Origin: Nitrososphaeria archaeon
GTDB lineage: Archaea; Thermoproteota; Nitrososphaeria; JACIWG01
NCBI GenBank assembly: GCA_963752255.1
Contig: CAVVXT010000019.1
Coordinates: forward strand, 96,001-160,000
Direction of reading: 5' to 3'
Length of the DNA stretch: 64,000 nt
Part shown: positions 20,977-31,351 of the stretch, in pieces
How positions within the stretch are numbered: the first letter of the stretch is position 1
How the letters are laid out: the number at the start of each line of letters is the position of its first letter
The notes under the pieces: model-generated
Told to the model about the DNA's origin: nothing
The model's database searches: none
The model's input: only the letters and a program-made list of their open reading frames with translations
Translations under genes and position numbers: made by a program

Positions 20977-22089
20977 CTATTTATCTTTCCTTCTCACTAT
21001 TTTTAAGTAAGCGAACGATAGCAATAAAAATAACAGGGACAGACCTATTAAAAGTGTTGAAACTACCGAGAATGGGTTCCTGTTAGGATCTATAAGTATT
21101 TGAGAAAGCTCGATGAACGGGAAGTACAATAGCACCAACATCACAATACCTACAGTGTATCTGAAGGCTCTGTAGAGACTTTCCCTAATGAAGGTGTAGA
21201 GAATGTTTCCGGCATAGTATATGCCAACTCCTATCCAAACGAATAGGAGAGCATTCTCTATCATTATGCCAGACAAGAATGAGAGGTTCTCAAGCAGTTT
21301 TGAAGGGTCACCGGCAACGATCTTGAACTCTTCAGTAACGCTGAGCCCTACGAAACCTCTATAGAAACCTACAACACACAGCAGAATCATACTAAGTACA
21401 GAAAAGACCCTGATGTAGCTTGATGTGTTAAGCTTTCTAACGTTTCCGAGAAGCGTGTCAACTCCGAAGCCTCTTATTATTAGAAGGACACCAAGAAAGA
21501 AAAGTGCACCTATCACTGCTTGGTTCACAAACCCTATTAGAACTAGGCCCGCAAACATCAGCAAGAAGAGCCCTGGGAAACCAAGAAAATACTTTGAATA
21601 TCGGGGGTCAAACACAACCATCTTAAGATATTTGCCTAGTACCGCGTAAGATTCTTCGACTCTTTCACTGTGTTTTATAATTACTCTCCTAATAGAAAAA
21701 ATCGGTATAATAGTTTGAAATATAGGTACGAGGGTTTCATCCTCGAAACCATCACTTACGAAGATTACACCTTCTGCCGGGAATCTTTCCCTTACTTGCA
21801 TAAGCTCTTGGCGGATTTTTGTATCAGATTCAACTCCTCCTCCAAAGGTGCCAGTGATAACCGAAACCTCCACATCATGACCTTGGAGCTTGAGCACATC
21901 ATGTTCTTTTACCGCAGCGAAGATTGCGTTTGCGTCAGCTTCTTCGGGGTCAGACAGCGCAAGTGCTTCAGCAGCATTGAGACATGCAGCCCTTCCGATG
22001 ATAGGGGAGGCAATCTGGGTTTTTTCGTACAAATCGTTGTCCCTATCAACACATAATACAAGAAGCTTTGCTGGCGCTGCGCTAATCAT
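20977..22089 (-). CDS. DUF373 family membrane protein
   Basis: LVLCVDRDNDL, DPEEADAN, VSDGFED plus a multi-TM C-terminus; adjacent to uppS as is common in archaea. Confidence 0.88.
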   Translation of the reverse strand: MISAAPAKLLVLCVDRDNDLYEKTQIASPIIGRAACLNAAEALALSDPEEADANAIFAAVKEHDVLKLQGHDVEVSVITGTFGGGVESDTKIRQELMQVRERFPAEGVIFVSDGFEDETLVPIFQTIIPIFSIRRVIIKHSERVEESYAVLGKYLKMVVFDPRYSKYFLGFPGLFLLMFAGLVLIGFVNQAVIGALFFLGVLLIIRGFGVDTLLGNVRKLNTSSYIRVFSVLSMILLCVVGFYRGFVGLSVTEEFKIVAGDPSKLLENLSFLSGIMIENALLFVWIGVGIYYAGNILYTFIRESLYRAFRYTVGIVMLVLLYFPFIELSQILIDPNRNPFSVVSTLLIGLSLLFLLLSFAYLKIVRRKDK

Positions 22090-22176
22090 CTAACACATAT
22101 AGAATATGATAAATTAAAAACTTTGCATTTTCTATTAAAACATTATGTGCAGACAAACTGAGTGCTTTTGGCTACA

Positions 22177-22722
22177 CTAATATTCGATACCCTTTCGGGC
22201 TTTAACACCCTGGTAAAACGGATGTCGAATAGCGTTAATGAATACGACATATTCTGCAGCGTCATATAATTCCTTTGGCGCATTTCTTCCAGTCAAAACC
22301 AGTTCAATATTTTTTGGTTTTGATCTTACAAGTTCAAGGACCTCCTCTTTTTTTAGTAATCCGAATTCGATCGCGACGTTGACTTCATCTAAAATCAAAA
22401 GATCAACATCTCCTGAGGATATAACTTTCTTTGCGAACTTTAATCCCTTCTCTGCAACAAGCCTGTCCTTGGACGAATACTTTCCCTTCTCAAGAAAGGG
22501 ACCTGTACCAAATTGTTTAACCGTCACATTCTTGCACCCTTTAAGGAAGAACAGTTCACCATATCTTTCTTCTGTTCGATCGTTTTTCATAAACTGTACT
22601 AGGCAAACTCTTAATCCGTTACCAAGAGCTCTGACTGCGAGACCTATCGCAGAAGTAGTTTTACCGGGCCCGTCTCCGGTTACTAAGTGAACATAGCCCT
22701 TTCTTAATCGGTGTCTCTTCAT
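22177..22722 (-). CDS. cobO: Cob(I)alamin adenosyltransferase (CobO/BtuR)
   Basis: TGDGPGKTTSAIG, VQFMK, LILDEV, LVLTGR, HPFYQGVKARKGIEY. Confidence 0.93.
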   Translation of the reverse strand: MKRHRLRKGYVHLVTGDGPGKTTSAIGLAVRALGNGLRVCLVQFMKNDRTEERYGELFFLKGCKNVTVKQFGTGPFLEKGKYSSKDRLVAEKGLKFAKKVISSGDVDLLILDEVNVAIEFGLLKKEEVLELVRSKPKNIELVLTGRNAPKELYDAAEYVVFINAIRHPFYQGVKARKGIEY

Positions 22723-22780
22723 TGTATTAGGAGATGCTACAGATTAGAATATTAATCTTTGGTCATTTAATTAAAAACTA

Positions 22781-23634
22781 CTACTCCTCTTCGCCGTACA
22801 ACAGTTGAAGCTCTTGAAAGGTTAGTCCTTCTCCCTTTTCAAATTTCTTTTTCAACTCCTCCCGAATTATCGCTTTTCTCCTTTCAAGACCCCTTTGATA
22901 ATGATTGGTCTCCTTTTCTCTTATCTTGCTAATCACAATCTTCTTTTGAGACAGCAGATTGTTTATTTCTGATTGGACACTTTCGATTTCGGTCTGGAGA
23001 GTTGTAATCTTCTCGAATGACGTGTTCTGCTCTTTTACCGAAGAGTTCAGTGTTTCCTTGGCTTGCTTAATTTCTTCCTTAAGATTTTCAAGCTTAGCCC
23101 TAGTCGTATCTAGTTCTTCGTTTATGTCGTCTATCTGCTCGCTCTTCTCCTCTATAGCCTTTTTAAGGTTCCTTATTCCTTCGTCTTTTTCAAAAGCTTT
23201 CTTCTTGCCAGCAAGCTCCCTTCTCACTTTGTTTGCCTCCTCCCCGTACTTAAGTTCAAGACCCTTAGCTTTAGGCTCTGTCTGCAACTTCCATTCTATG
23301 CTTCCTAATTTTTTCTCCAATCCGTTTATCTCCTCAAGGCTAGGTCTTCTAGTTGTACCCTTTAGTGGTGTGAGTTTCTTGTTCAAGGATGAACGTCCTT
23401 CTGTGTTTTCTAAAATTAATTTCCGTTTCAATTCGATGAGCTCATTAAAGCGTTTGTCTAGGTTTTTCTAGTTGAATAAAGGTCGTTTATTTTCTTCTTT
23501 TGCGCCCAAATCGTGCTTCTAAGAGACTCAACCTTATTTCTCATGGTATTAAACTCGTTAATAAAATCCCTTTTCTTATTGAAGAGGACTTGAATGTTCT
23601 CGCTTAATTCGACAATTTCTGTTGCAGGCTCCAA
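22781..23634 (-). CDS. Archaeal coiled-coil protein (COG1340-like), split by a frameshift at the T5 run 23463-23467
   Basis: IEWKLQT motif and C-terminal KFEKGEGLTFQELQLL. Adding one A joins the ORFs (STRKNLDKRFNELIELKRK). Start TTG ~23634 is inferred. Confidence 0.7.
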
Positions 23635-23767
23635 TTTGCTCGTTCGCCTAGACCAACCCAACATACATAAATAAATCATTTGTTTTTTAGGGACATGCAG
23701 CTTGCAGATTGCTCTTGATATGAGCTGTTTTTGCAAAAAGGGTAAACATACTTTCCTATGATCAAAG

Positions 23768-24526
23768 TTATTCGATAAACTCTTCTCCACCTCTCAAAAT
23801 GTTGGATATAGCTGATGCAAGATTGAGCATCCCGTTCCATGTTACTGATGATATAGGGATTGGAGTAGGAATAAGAGATAGTTTTGAAAAAGCCTTGAGT
23901 ATTTCGTTCCCTATCAGATATCTTTCGCTGTTTTTTTCATTGGACATGTCTTCTTCTAGCAATTTACTGTTGGCGCACCAGCCCATTATTTTTCTTGTTA
24001 GAATCTTACTCAAATCCGTTTTTGTCAGAACAGAGAGTTGTGGGAGGTTAAGTCTAAGCTTCAACGAGTTATACAAAAGAGTCGTGGAAAGAAAGTTAAA
24101 CGGGGATGAGGCGATAGTAAAGTCGAATAGGAACAGCACAACCTTGTTTTCTCCACCTAAGTTGTTCACAACGTACGGCCCACTTTCTCGGAAAGCGAAG
24201 AGTTCAAGTTGGCCAGGTGTATCAACTACAATGTAGTCAGCTTTCTGCTCCTCCAGCTCTTCTTTTATATTATTCAGACTTACAGCTATCATGTCTGAGG
24301 CTGCAACAAGGGCACCATTTGGCCCAAGCCCGTATTCTTCCATAACTTTCTGGACACTAATATAGTCTCTGATGTCGACATCCGGTTCATACGGCAACTT
24401 TAATACACCTGGATCTAGGTTTAAGGTTATGACGTCTGCTTCACGTTCCTGATACCATTTCTTTAACACCGAAGTCAAAGTAGATTTTCCAGAGCCAGCT
24501 GTCCCGGTCAAGAATATTAGGTACAT
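23768..24526 (-). CDS. GPN-loop GTPase
   Basis: GTAGSGKST, NLDPG, YGLGPNGA, DTPGQLELF, TKTD. Confidence 0.95.
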   Translation of the reverse strand: MYLIFLTGTAGSGKSTLTSVLKKWYQEREADVITLNLDPGVLKLPYEPDVDIRDYISVQKVMEEYGLGPNGALVAASDMIAVSLNNIKEELEEQKADYIVVDTPGQLELFAFRESGPYVVNNLGGENKVVLFLFDFTIASSPFNFLSTTLLYNSLKLRLNLPQLSVLTKTDLSKILTRKIMGWCANSKLLEEDMSNEKNSERYLIGNEILKAFSKLSLIPTPIPISSVTWNGMLNLASAISNILRGGEEFIE

Positions 24527-24596
24527 CGAACTATATGGTATAAATTGCTTTGTTATTAATTCTTAGGGTCATCGCCTTCTAAAATCTTAAGGCAAC

Positions 24597-25364
24597 TTAT
24601 GATCTAACATATTGTCGAAAGCAGTCAGATATTATCTTCGCTGCTTCTTTAACGTGGTCAACCGCCTTATCCGATAAAACGTCGTAGACGTAAATGTGTA
24701 GAATAATATAATATTTCCCCCCTCGCAGCCTAGGATGGGATTTTACGTAGATGTCCTTATACTTTGAAGCTATTTCTTTGATGCTTTGCGCAAGTCCAGA
24801 TTCCCCTATACCATCCATAATGATCTTCTTTTGATAGTATCTTCCAAGATTTGGCAGAACTTTTGGGACGTAGTTTTTTATCATACCTTTCATTTCTATT
24901 GGAACACCCGGCATCACAAATATTCTCAAGCCATCACTGATGATATCAGAACCCGGTGCAGCTCCTCTCTCGTTAGGTATTATAATACAACCCTTAGGTA
25001 GAACCGCCATTTTCCTTGAAGCTTCATTGAATAAATGTCCCCTTGCCGCTGCCCTAGCTTTGAGTTTCAGAACTATTTCTTCATCGACGTAGATTTCGAG
25101 GTTCAGGGCTTTAGCTACGCTCTCAATAGTGATGTCGTCGTATGTAGGCCCCAAGCCCCCGGTTGTAAACAAGTAGTTTACATTCTCCCTTTTAGCTTCT
25201 AAGATTACATCCGCGATTGCTTTACAATCATCCCTTACACATATTATTCGATCTACAAAATATCCTTTCCTTCTCAGAAACTTCGCTATGTACGACGCGT
25301 TAGTGTTCACGACGTCTCCAATTAACAGTTCATTTCCTATGCCGATTATTCTACAAACACTCAT
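24597..25364 (-). CDS. CinA-like molybdopterin-binding domain protein
   Basis: IGNELLIGDVVNTNA, TGGLGPTYDDIT, GAAPG, MPGVPIEM, YVKSHP. Confidence 0.9.
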   Translation of the reverse strand: MSVCRIIGIGNELLIGDVVNTNASYIAKFLRRKGYFVDRIICVRDDCKAIADVILEAKRENVNYLFTTGGLGPTYDDITIESVAKALNLEIYVDEEIVLKLKARAAARGHLFNEASRKMAVLPKGCIIIPNERGAAPGSDIISDGLRIFVMPGVPIEMKGMIKNYVPKVLPNLGRYYQKKIIMDGIGESGLAQSIKEIASKYKDIYVKSHPRLRGGKYYIILHIYVYDVLSDKAVDHVKEAAKIISDCFRQYVRS

Positions 25365-25388
25365 TTCTTTTATCCCTTCTAGACGAAA

Positions 25389-25616
25389 TTATTTCTTTGA
25401 GAGCCACCAACTCAAGACTTCATTTTGTCGTCTTTTCTTCTTATCCTTATCAGAATCTTCATGTGCTTTGTCCCGTAAATCTTGAAGTTGCTCCTTTGTG
25501 GCGTAAAGACCACACGATTTACAAAGATACTTCTTCGTCGAGACTTCATAAGTTAATATTGCCCCGCATTCAGGGCATCTTTCAACCAAATCCCACCTAC
25601 ACCAAATAGACTTCAA
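25389..25616 (-). CDS. Small Zn-ribbon protein (start may be internal TTG)
   Basis: CPECG...CKSCG followed by a charged helix and WWLSKK. Confidence 0.7.
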   Translation of the reverse strand: MKSIWCRWDLVERCPECGAILTYEVSTKKYLCKSCGLYATKEQLQDLRDKAHEDSDKDKKKRRQNEVLSWWLSKK

Positions 25617-25682
25617 TCCAGCCTGTTAAAAAAGGTTGATTATTTTTATATAACCTAAACATAAAAACTTTCAGAAGCATCT

Positions 25683-26798
25683 ATGGAAATCTTCAGGCCA
25701 GACTCGAAGACCGTCTGGAACGATAAGGATGTAGAGCATAGGCTTTCTTGGTACCGTAAAGTGATGACCGGAGAGTCGCCACCAAAGTTCCTTTTATGTA
25801 AGATGATTTCCGCAGAAAATCCGGAAGGTCTTAAAGAAGAAGAACTCTGGGCCATTCATGGAAGGTTACAAAATGATTTCCTGAAAATATTCGAAGATGT
25901 TGTCGACGGAAAGGAGAAGTTATCAAGTCTTAAGATTGTTGAACCTAACTATCTGGATGTTAAGGGTTCTCTAGCAGAAAAGATGACTGAAAAGTGCACT
26001 TTTTGTGAAATGTCTTGCGGGGTCAACAGAAAAAAGGGTGAAAAAGGATTATGTAGAGTAGGATTTAGAACCAAAGTTTCAACTTGGTTCAATCATTTTG
26101 GCGAAGAAGCGCCATTGATTGGCGAAGGCGGATCCGGCACCATATTCTTTTCTGGATGCAACTTTGGTCCATGTGTTTACTGCCAGAACTGGGATATCTC
26201 CGTTGATCCTGAAAATGGAGCCGACGTTTCACACGAGACCCTAGCGTTGATTTCTAGGAAGCTGGCAATGGACGGTGCCGCCAATGTAAACTACGTTGGC
26301 GGTGAACCAACTCCCAACCTACACACCATACTTCTCTCACTGCGATATTTGGATGTGAATATAGCGCAGCTATGGAACAGCAACATGTACTGCTCCATCA
26401 GCACAATGAAGCTCCTATCCGACGTCATTGATATATGGCTTCCAGACTTTAAGTACGGCAACGACGTGTGTGCAGAGAAGCTTTCAAAGGTTAACCGATA
26501 TTTTGAAGTTGTCTCAAGAAATCACAAGATCGCCCACGATAGCGGAAGCATCCTGATAAGACATCTTGTTCTACCAGGACATGTCGACTGCTGTACAAAA
26601 CCAATTTTAGATTGGATATCTAGGAACCTTCCTAACGCATTATTGAATATAATGGGACAATATCACCCAGACTACCTCGTATCGGATAATCCGAACAAGT
26701 ATAAGTCTATCTCCCGGAAAGTGTCTGACGAAGAGATGGAGCAGGCTTATGCGTATGCTGAAAATCTTAATGTAGTTTATAAACCGGTTTCAGGATAA
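25683..26798 (+). CDS. Radical SAM protein, PflX family
   Basis: CTFCEMSC, HFGEE, GSGTIFFSGCNFGPCVYCQNWDIS, GGEPTP, PDFKYGN, RHLVLPGH. Confidence 0.9.
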   Translation: MEIFRPDSKTVWNDKDVEHRLSWYRKVMTGESPPKFLLCKMISAENPEGLKEEELWAIHGRLQNDFLKIFEDVVDGKEKLSSLKIVEPNYLDVKGSLAEKMTEKCTFCEMSCGVNRKKGEKGLCRVGFRTKVSTWFNHFGEEAPLIGEGGSGTIFFSGCNFGPCVYCQNWDISVDPENGADVSHETLALISRKLAMDGAANVNYVGGEPTPNLHTILLSLRYLDVNIAQLWNSNMYCSISTMKLLSDVIDIWLPDFKYGNDVCAEKLSKVNRYFEVVSRNHKIAHDSGSILIRHLVLPGHVDCCTKPILDWISRNLPNALLNIMGQYHPDYLVSDNPNKYKSISRKVSDEEMEQAYAYAENLNVVYKPVSG

Positions 26799-26925
26799 AT
26801 ATTTTTTTATGATGGGTGATCATCTAGATTCCAAGAACGTTTGCATAATCAGTTATCAATTTATTGGGATTATGTTATAGGCACAACCAAGGCATTTTAA
26901 TAGATTTGAAATAATTGTGTTCATA

Positions 26926-28503
26926 TTATTCTATTTTACATTCATTATTTCCTGGTATGGCCCAGCTGAACTTTTCTCTTAGACTTTTAGAGTAGATACG
27001 CTCTATAGGTACTTTAGCTTTTTTAGCGTATTCGATAACCAGTCTCGGATCTATATAGGATGTCAGAGATGTGCTTAGATTCCATTCCGAAGCATCCTTA
27101 TAGAGCTGATATTCCAACGAAGCTTTTCGTGCAGACTGCTTAATCTTCTCAATCTTCTTTTCCATCTTCTCTTTTTCTTTTCCGCCAGCTTTATCCAGTT
27201 TAGCTAAGAGACCTATGTATTCGGTCTTTTTTCGCTCCATCTTTTCTTCTTTCTTCTTAAGTTTCTCTTTGAACTTATCCGGTAGCTTCCTTTTATGGTT
27301 CAGTCTCTTGGCTACAGCTAAGTTAACGTATCTAAAACGAATCGTACTTTCAAATTCACCTTTATTGAAACTCTGCCGAGTTCCATCAATAGCATTTTTG
27401 AGAGTGATTCCAGCTATCATTGTCCTAAAAGTCTTAGCTGAGACATCTGGGACAACTTCTTGCAGAAATTTCGCGACCTTTTGGGAGTTCATTCCGTCAA
27501 ATATCAGACCATTCCCAGCATTGTTTTTGAATCTTTGAATGTTTTTGACGATCATGTTTGGAAGCACAAGCTCTCTCTGCCAATGCACATAATCTTTTCC
27601 AACAAAGTCAAGGAAAACCCTGTTGCCGTCGATCTTTAGGTTATCAGCCTTTAGAGTTGTGCAGCCGACCGTTCCCATTTCTCCCGCGATCTTTTCATCA
27701 CCTACCCTCATGCCTGATTCTTTTATCAGGTGAACTACCGTAGCTACTTTCTTCCTATTTTCATCTTTTTGGTTAAAACTGTCTCTGATATTCCTCTCAA
27801 CCTCTTTAATCTTAGATTTTAACTCAATAGCCTTATCCCATTTCTTTATCTCCCTGTTCTGTCTGATGCTGCTGCTCGGAGAGAACCAGACGTACTTCAT
27901 CTTACTATTTAGAGGATTCCTCCAGCACGCGATCCACATGCAGGTGCTCCTCCAGACGATTTCTTTCCATCCTTCATCTAGTCCCTCGGGTTTTTCGCTT
28001 AAATTCAATGTTATATCCTCTCGCTTTATCTCCTTCTTCCATCTTCCCCTCAAAGGATTTCTTCCCTTAGAAGTGAAGAGGCCTGGAGGTTCAACTATCC
28101 AATTCTGTAAAACAATCCTTTTACCATCCACTATCGCATAGCCATACTTTTCTTTCAGCGCATCCCTAATCTTTTTCCGTTCATCCGCTGTTCTTTTCTT
28201 TTCTTCCCTTGTCAAAATCTCCTTCCTCCTCTTCTCGCGTTCAAGATAACCTGTTATATCAGTCCAATCGAAATCTTCGACCTTACAGGAACCTGTTATT
28301 CCCAACTTTTTAGCGAAGTCTTCAAGGAAGTTAGACACAAATATTTGGTCATTAGCGTAGCTTGTACCAAACTTCTTAGCGAAGGCAACAGCCATCTGTT
28401 CAGCCTCCGAATCCAGCATAATAGCCTGTCCTTTGTGCTTTAGTTTCAGTCCGAGTGGGAAGTACGGTGGGACATATACGCCATGATGGATTAATTGTTT
28501 CAC
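26926..28503 (-). CDS. top1: DNA topoisomerase IB (eukaryote-like)
   Basis: LIHHGVYVPP, VEPPGLF..KG..PLRG.WK; catalytic pentad MRVGDEK, FVGKD, KTFRT, LNH, TSYIDPR with a coiled-coil linker. Confidence 0.93.
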   Translation of the reverse strand: MKQLIHHGVYVPPYFPLGLKLKHKGQAIMLDSEAEQMAVAFAKKFGTSYANDQIFVSNFLEDFAKKLGITGSCKVEDFDWTDITGYLEREKRRKEILTREEKKRTADERKKIRDALKEKYGYAIVDGKRIVLQNWIVEPPGLFTSKGRNPLRGRWKKEIKREDITLNLSEKPEGLDEGWKEIVWRSTCMWIACWRNPLNSKMKYVWFSPSSSIRQNREIKKWDKAIELKSKIKEVERNIRDSFNQKDENRKKVATVVHLIKESGMRVGDEKIAGEMGTVGCTTLKADNLKIDGNRVFLDFVGKDYVHWQRELVLPNMIVKNIQRFKNNAGNGLIFDGMNSQKVAKFLQEVVPDVSAKTFRTMIAGITLKNAIDGTRQSFNKGEFESTIRFRYVNLAVAKRLNHKRKLPDKFKEKLKKKEEKMERKKTEYIGLLAKLDKAGGKEKEKMEKKIEKIKQSARKASLEYQLYKDASEWNLSTSLTSYIDPRLVIEYAKKAKVPIERIYSKSLREKFSWAIPGNNECKIE

Positions 28504-28696
28504 GTCATCAAAGCCATCAGCGAGGACTTTAAAAATCTAACTGATTTTCCAAAAAAGGTAAGAGTAGGTTTCAGTACTATTGGATAATCATTTTTGGGAA
28601 ATAATTATTTAACACCTACACCATATTTATAAGAAGTATTAGCTGATAGACCGAAGCTTAGCTGTGCAGAATTCCATTTGCTTCGCTTTTTATATT

Positions 28697-29776
28697 CTAA
28701 AGCATCTTCATTCTTTTATATTCGCTCATACATGGGTTGCCTATTGTGTAGTGGCATTCAGATCTGCTGATGTCGAATATAGTTGAAGCAAGTGTCTTGG
28801 ATGCTCCCGAAACGCCTGGCTCTTCGCTTGCATGCCTACAAATAGAAAAGGGCAGGTCGTAGTGGTCTCTAAAGATGTTTTTGGCATCGTTTACGTCAAC
28901 TTTATACCCCAATTTTTTGATCAGATAATTTGCTCGAAGCTGCCTTGTCCAAGAGCATGATGAGACATTTCTATTGAGATCCTTGAATCTGCTGCCTAGA
29001 AAATGATTCGTATGAACGATCAGCCCATGATCATCTGGTTCAATGTATTCAGCGTCCGTAGGTGTAATTTCAACATCCAACAACAGGTCCTTTTTAGCCA
29101 TTAGAAAGTTTATTGAAGACGACCTTTTAGCTTCCTGAATCCATTCAAATGCTTTCGTCAAGTTCTTCGAGTTGAGTATGGACCAAGATAGAATGGACAC
29201 CAACGGCACACCGAGTTTGTGACCGTCTTCCTTTGATTTAAGGGCGTTGATGCATAAAGCGACACCTTCCGAATTTAAGCCTCTGTGGGAGAGGGAACCG
29301 GCTTCCACCTGTGTCAAAACCTTCGGATTATTGTCTATTTTGAACTCTAAATTGACGATCCCTTTTTCTATCTCCCTGTTAAGATCCCAATTCTGCGCTA
29401 TCATCGCTAAACTGTCAGACTGTACACCAATCGATGTGCAAGAGTCCTTATTCGAAAAAAGTAGCTCGTATCTATAATTAATTGTCAGGATGTCTTCAAA
29501 CGGCAGTTTAGCGCCATCCGCTATACCATTCATGACTTCGATCGCTTTATCGTTGAAAGACCGGATCTCATCTAATCCCCTCTTTGACATCTCCCTTAGC
29601 TTACCCCAGCTTAGACCATTAACTTCTTGCAAGATTATCTTGAAAGATTCTATGTTCATTGAAATTTTATCTTTAGCTTTTTCACCATATACTAAACCAA
29701 CCTGATAGGGGCTACCATATGCTTTGATTGTTGGAGCATCCTCCACCTTTTCATTTTTCATTTGCATCGGCAACAA
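28697..29776 (-). CDS. Peptidase C45 / acyl-CoA:6-APA acyltransferase-like Ntn hydrolase
   Basis: SCTS autoprocessing site, AQNWD, GLNSEG, VHTNHF, ICRH, GNPC. Confidence 0.88.
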   Translation of the reverse strand: MLPMQMKNEKVEDAPTIKAYGSPYQVGLVYGEKAKDKISMNIESFKIILQEVNGLSWGKLREMSKRGLDEIRSFNDKAIEVMNGIADGAKLPFEDILTINYRYELLFSNKDSCTSIGVQSDSLAMIAQNWDLNREIEKGIVNLEFKIDNNPKVLTQVEAGSLSHRGLNSEGVALCINALKSKEDGHKLGVPLVSILSWSILNSKNLTKAFEWIQEAKRSSSINFLMAKKDLLLDVEITPTDAEYIEPDDHGLIVHTNHFLGSRFKDLNRNVSSCSWTRQLRANYLIKKLGYKVDVNDAKNIFRDHYDLPFSICRHASEEPGVSGASKTLASTIFDISRSECHYTIGNPCMSEYKRMKML

Positions 29777-30013
29777 ACAACAACTCTATTAGCGTATATT
29801 AGCTTTTTACTCTTTTAAACGTAATAGCAATGCAGGTTACTGGTTTATGTCTAAAATGTGGGGTTCAACTCGATGTTCAATTTGCGTAATTTGGTTGATC
29901 GCGCCCTACATCATGTTTTAGGAAGTTAATCAAGATCCGATCTAACTATCTTACATCTTTAAAAGTTTGAGAAAAAACCGCCAGCAATAAAAAAACTTTA
30001 AATTTTTTAAATG

Positions 30014-30793
30014 TTATATCTCGAACTTATTAATTATCCTGCTCTCCAGCTCCCCAGTTACCTCAGCGACAACGTGTATGTACTCTTGGATTCCTGAGTT
30101 AACAATCCTAGGCTTTAACAGTTCGTCTATCTGGAACACACCAGCAGAATTGGACATCGTTATTCTTATGGTAACCAGTTTTTCCTTTCCTTCCTCTATG
30201 TTCACCTTCTCAATAGAGAGAGCTGAAACCGAATGTATGTCTATGTTTCCTGCTTGAAATGGAATCCTAGCCCTTCCTTTCTCCATATCTAAGGCATCAG
30301 CGATGCACACGATACCCGCCTCGATCGTCAAAGGCTTGTGTGGCTCTTCATGTGATACAATTATATGAAGCACTTCAGAAAGAATGGTCGTGCGCTCTTC
30401 TTCTGAGTATATTCTATCCAAGTATTTCCCAACGATTTGAGAAGCTAAAAGAGCACCGTACATCTCATGCAACTCCCTTGTCACCGTCATACCTAAGTCA
30501 TGACAAATCGAACCGAGGACGACTATAACTTCGGAGTCTTCGTTTTTCAGACCGTAATTTTTAACAGCGCTCGGAGTAATGCCTTTTTTAATCAAGATTC
30601 TTAAAATTTTCAAAGCAGAGTTAGCCACAATTTTGACATGTGTGGGACCATGATCAGAGTAACCCATTCTATCTATGGCCATTACATTTGAACATTTCCA
30701 TAAAGTTCTCAAAGTTACATCTTTCCTAACCTCTCTAATTACATGCTCAAGCTTTGAATTTCCGTGGAAAGGTATGTTGAATACGTATGACAT
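30014..30793 (-). CDS. HD-domain phosphohydrolase (COG3294-like)
   Basis: RMGYSDHGPTH, CHDLG, ADALDMEKGRARIP, IHSVSA. Confidence 0.9.
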   Translation of the reverse strand: MSYVFNIPFHGNSKLEHVIREVRKDVTLRTLWKCSNVMAIDRMGYSDHGPTHVKIVANSALKILRILIKKGITPSAVKNYGLKNEDSEVIVVLGSICHDLGMTVTRELHEMYGALLASQIVGKYLDRIYSEEERTTILSEVLHIIVSHEEPHKPLTIEAGIVCIADALDMEKGRARIPFQAGNIDIHSVSALSIEKVNIEEGKEKLVTIRITMSNSAGVFQIDELLKPRIVNSGIQEYIHVVAEVTGELESRIINKFEI

Positions 30794-31307
30794 CTAGCAT
30801 CACTCTCTGATATAGATCATTTTTGTTCAGACGTCGATATTTAAACAATTTCTTTTTAAAATCCATTTGATTTTGACTTTATCAATTTTCAAAATCTAAG
30901 CAGGACCGATCGCAGAATAATAGATGTATTCCAATTCCTTATTAAAAATAGGGAAAAGTGACGGTTTGAACTTTGATTCTAAACCTGTTTTAAGTCGCTT
31001 TAATGTTAATTAACAACTCATCAATTTGGAAGTTATCTACGTAGTTACCTTTCGCGTGAACTCCAGAGATAGATTTCTTTCTTATATTGAACCACCAAAA
31101 TAAAGTACCGACTAATATAAAGGGAAGACATCTATGAGTTCTGTTTCTTCCACCTCCAAAAAAGTCTATTTTAAATCAGAGATGCTGTCGCATCTTTGTT
31201 AAAATAATGCCACATTCGGCGTGTTACTTTTTTTCTAAAGATCCATTTTTAGTTGGGATATTTCTGTTGATTTTAAACTTTTCACTAACGTTCTTAACGG
31301 ATATATA

Positions 31308-31322
31308 TAGAACAGTAATATA
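31308..31322. promoter_or_regulatory. Weaker copy of the sulfur-cluster palindrome
   Basis: TAGAACAGTAATATA, 12/15 match to TATAACAGTGTTATA, next to the TATA-like ATATATAT upstream of the methyltransferase. Confidence 0.4.
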
Positions 31323-31351
31323 ATATTTGCCAGAACAGAGGGATCGGATTA

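Noticed and set aside
23635-23790. N-terminal extension of ORF 23458-23790
   Set aside because: It overlaps the GPN gene end and an AT-rich promoter-like spacer; coiled-coil character starts only near 23634.
29830-29920. Tiny CxxC-containing ORF (MQVTGLCLKCG...)
   Set aside because: Only 19 codons, and the second CxxC is in another frame; too weak to call.
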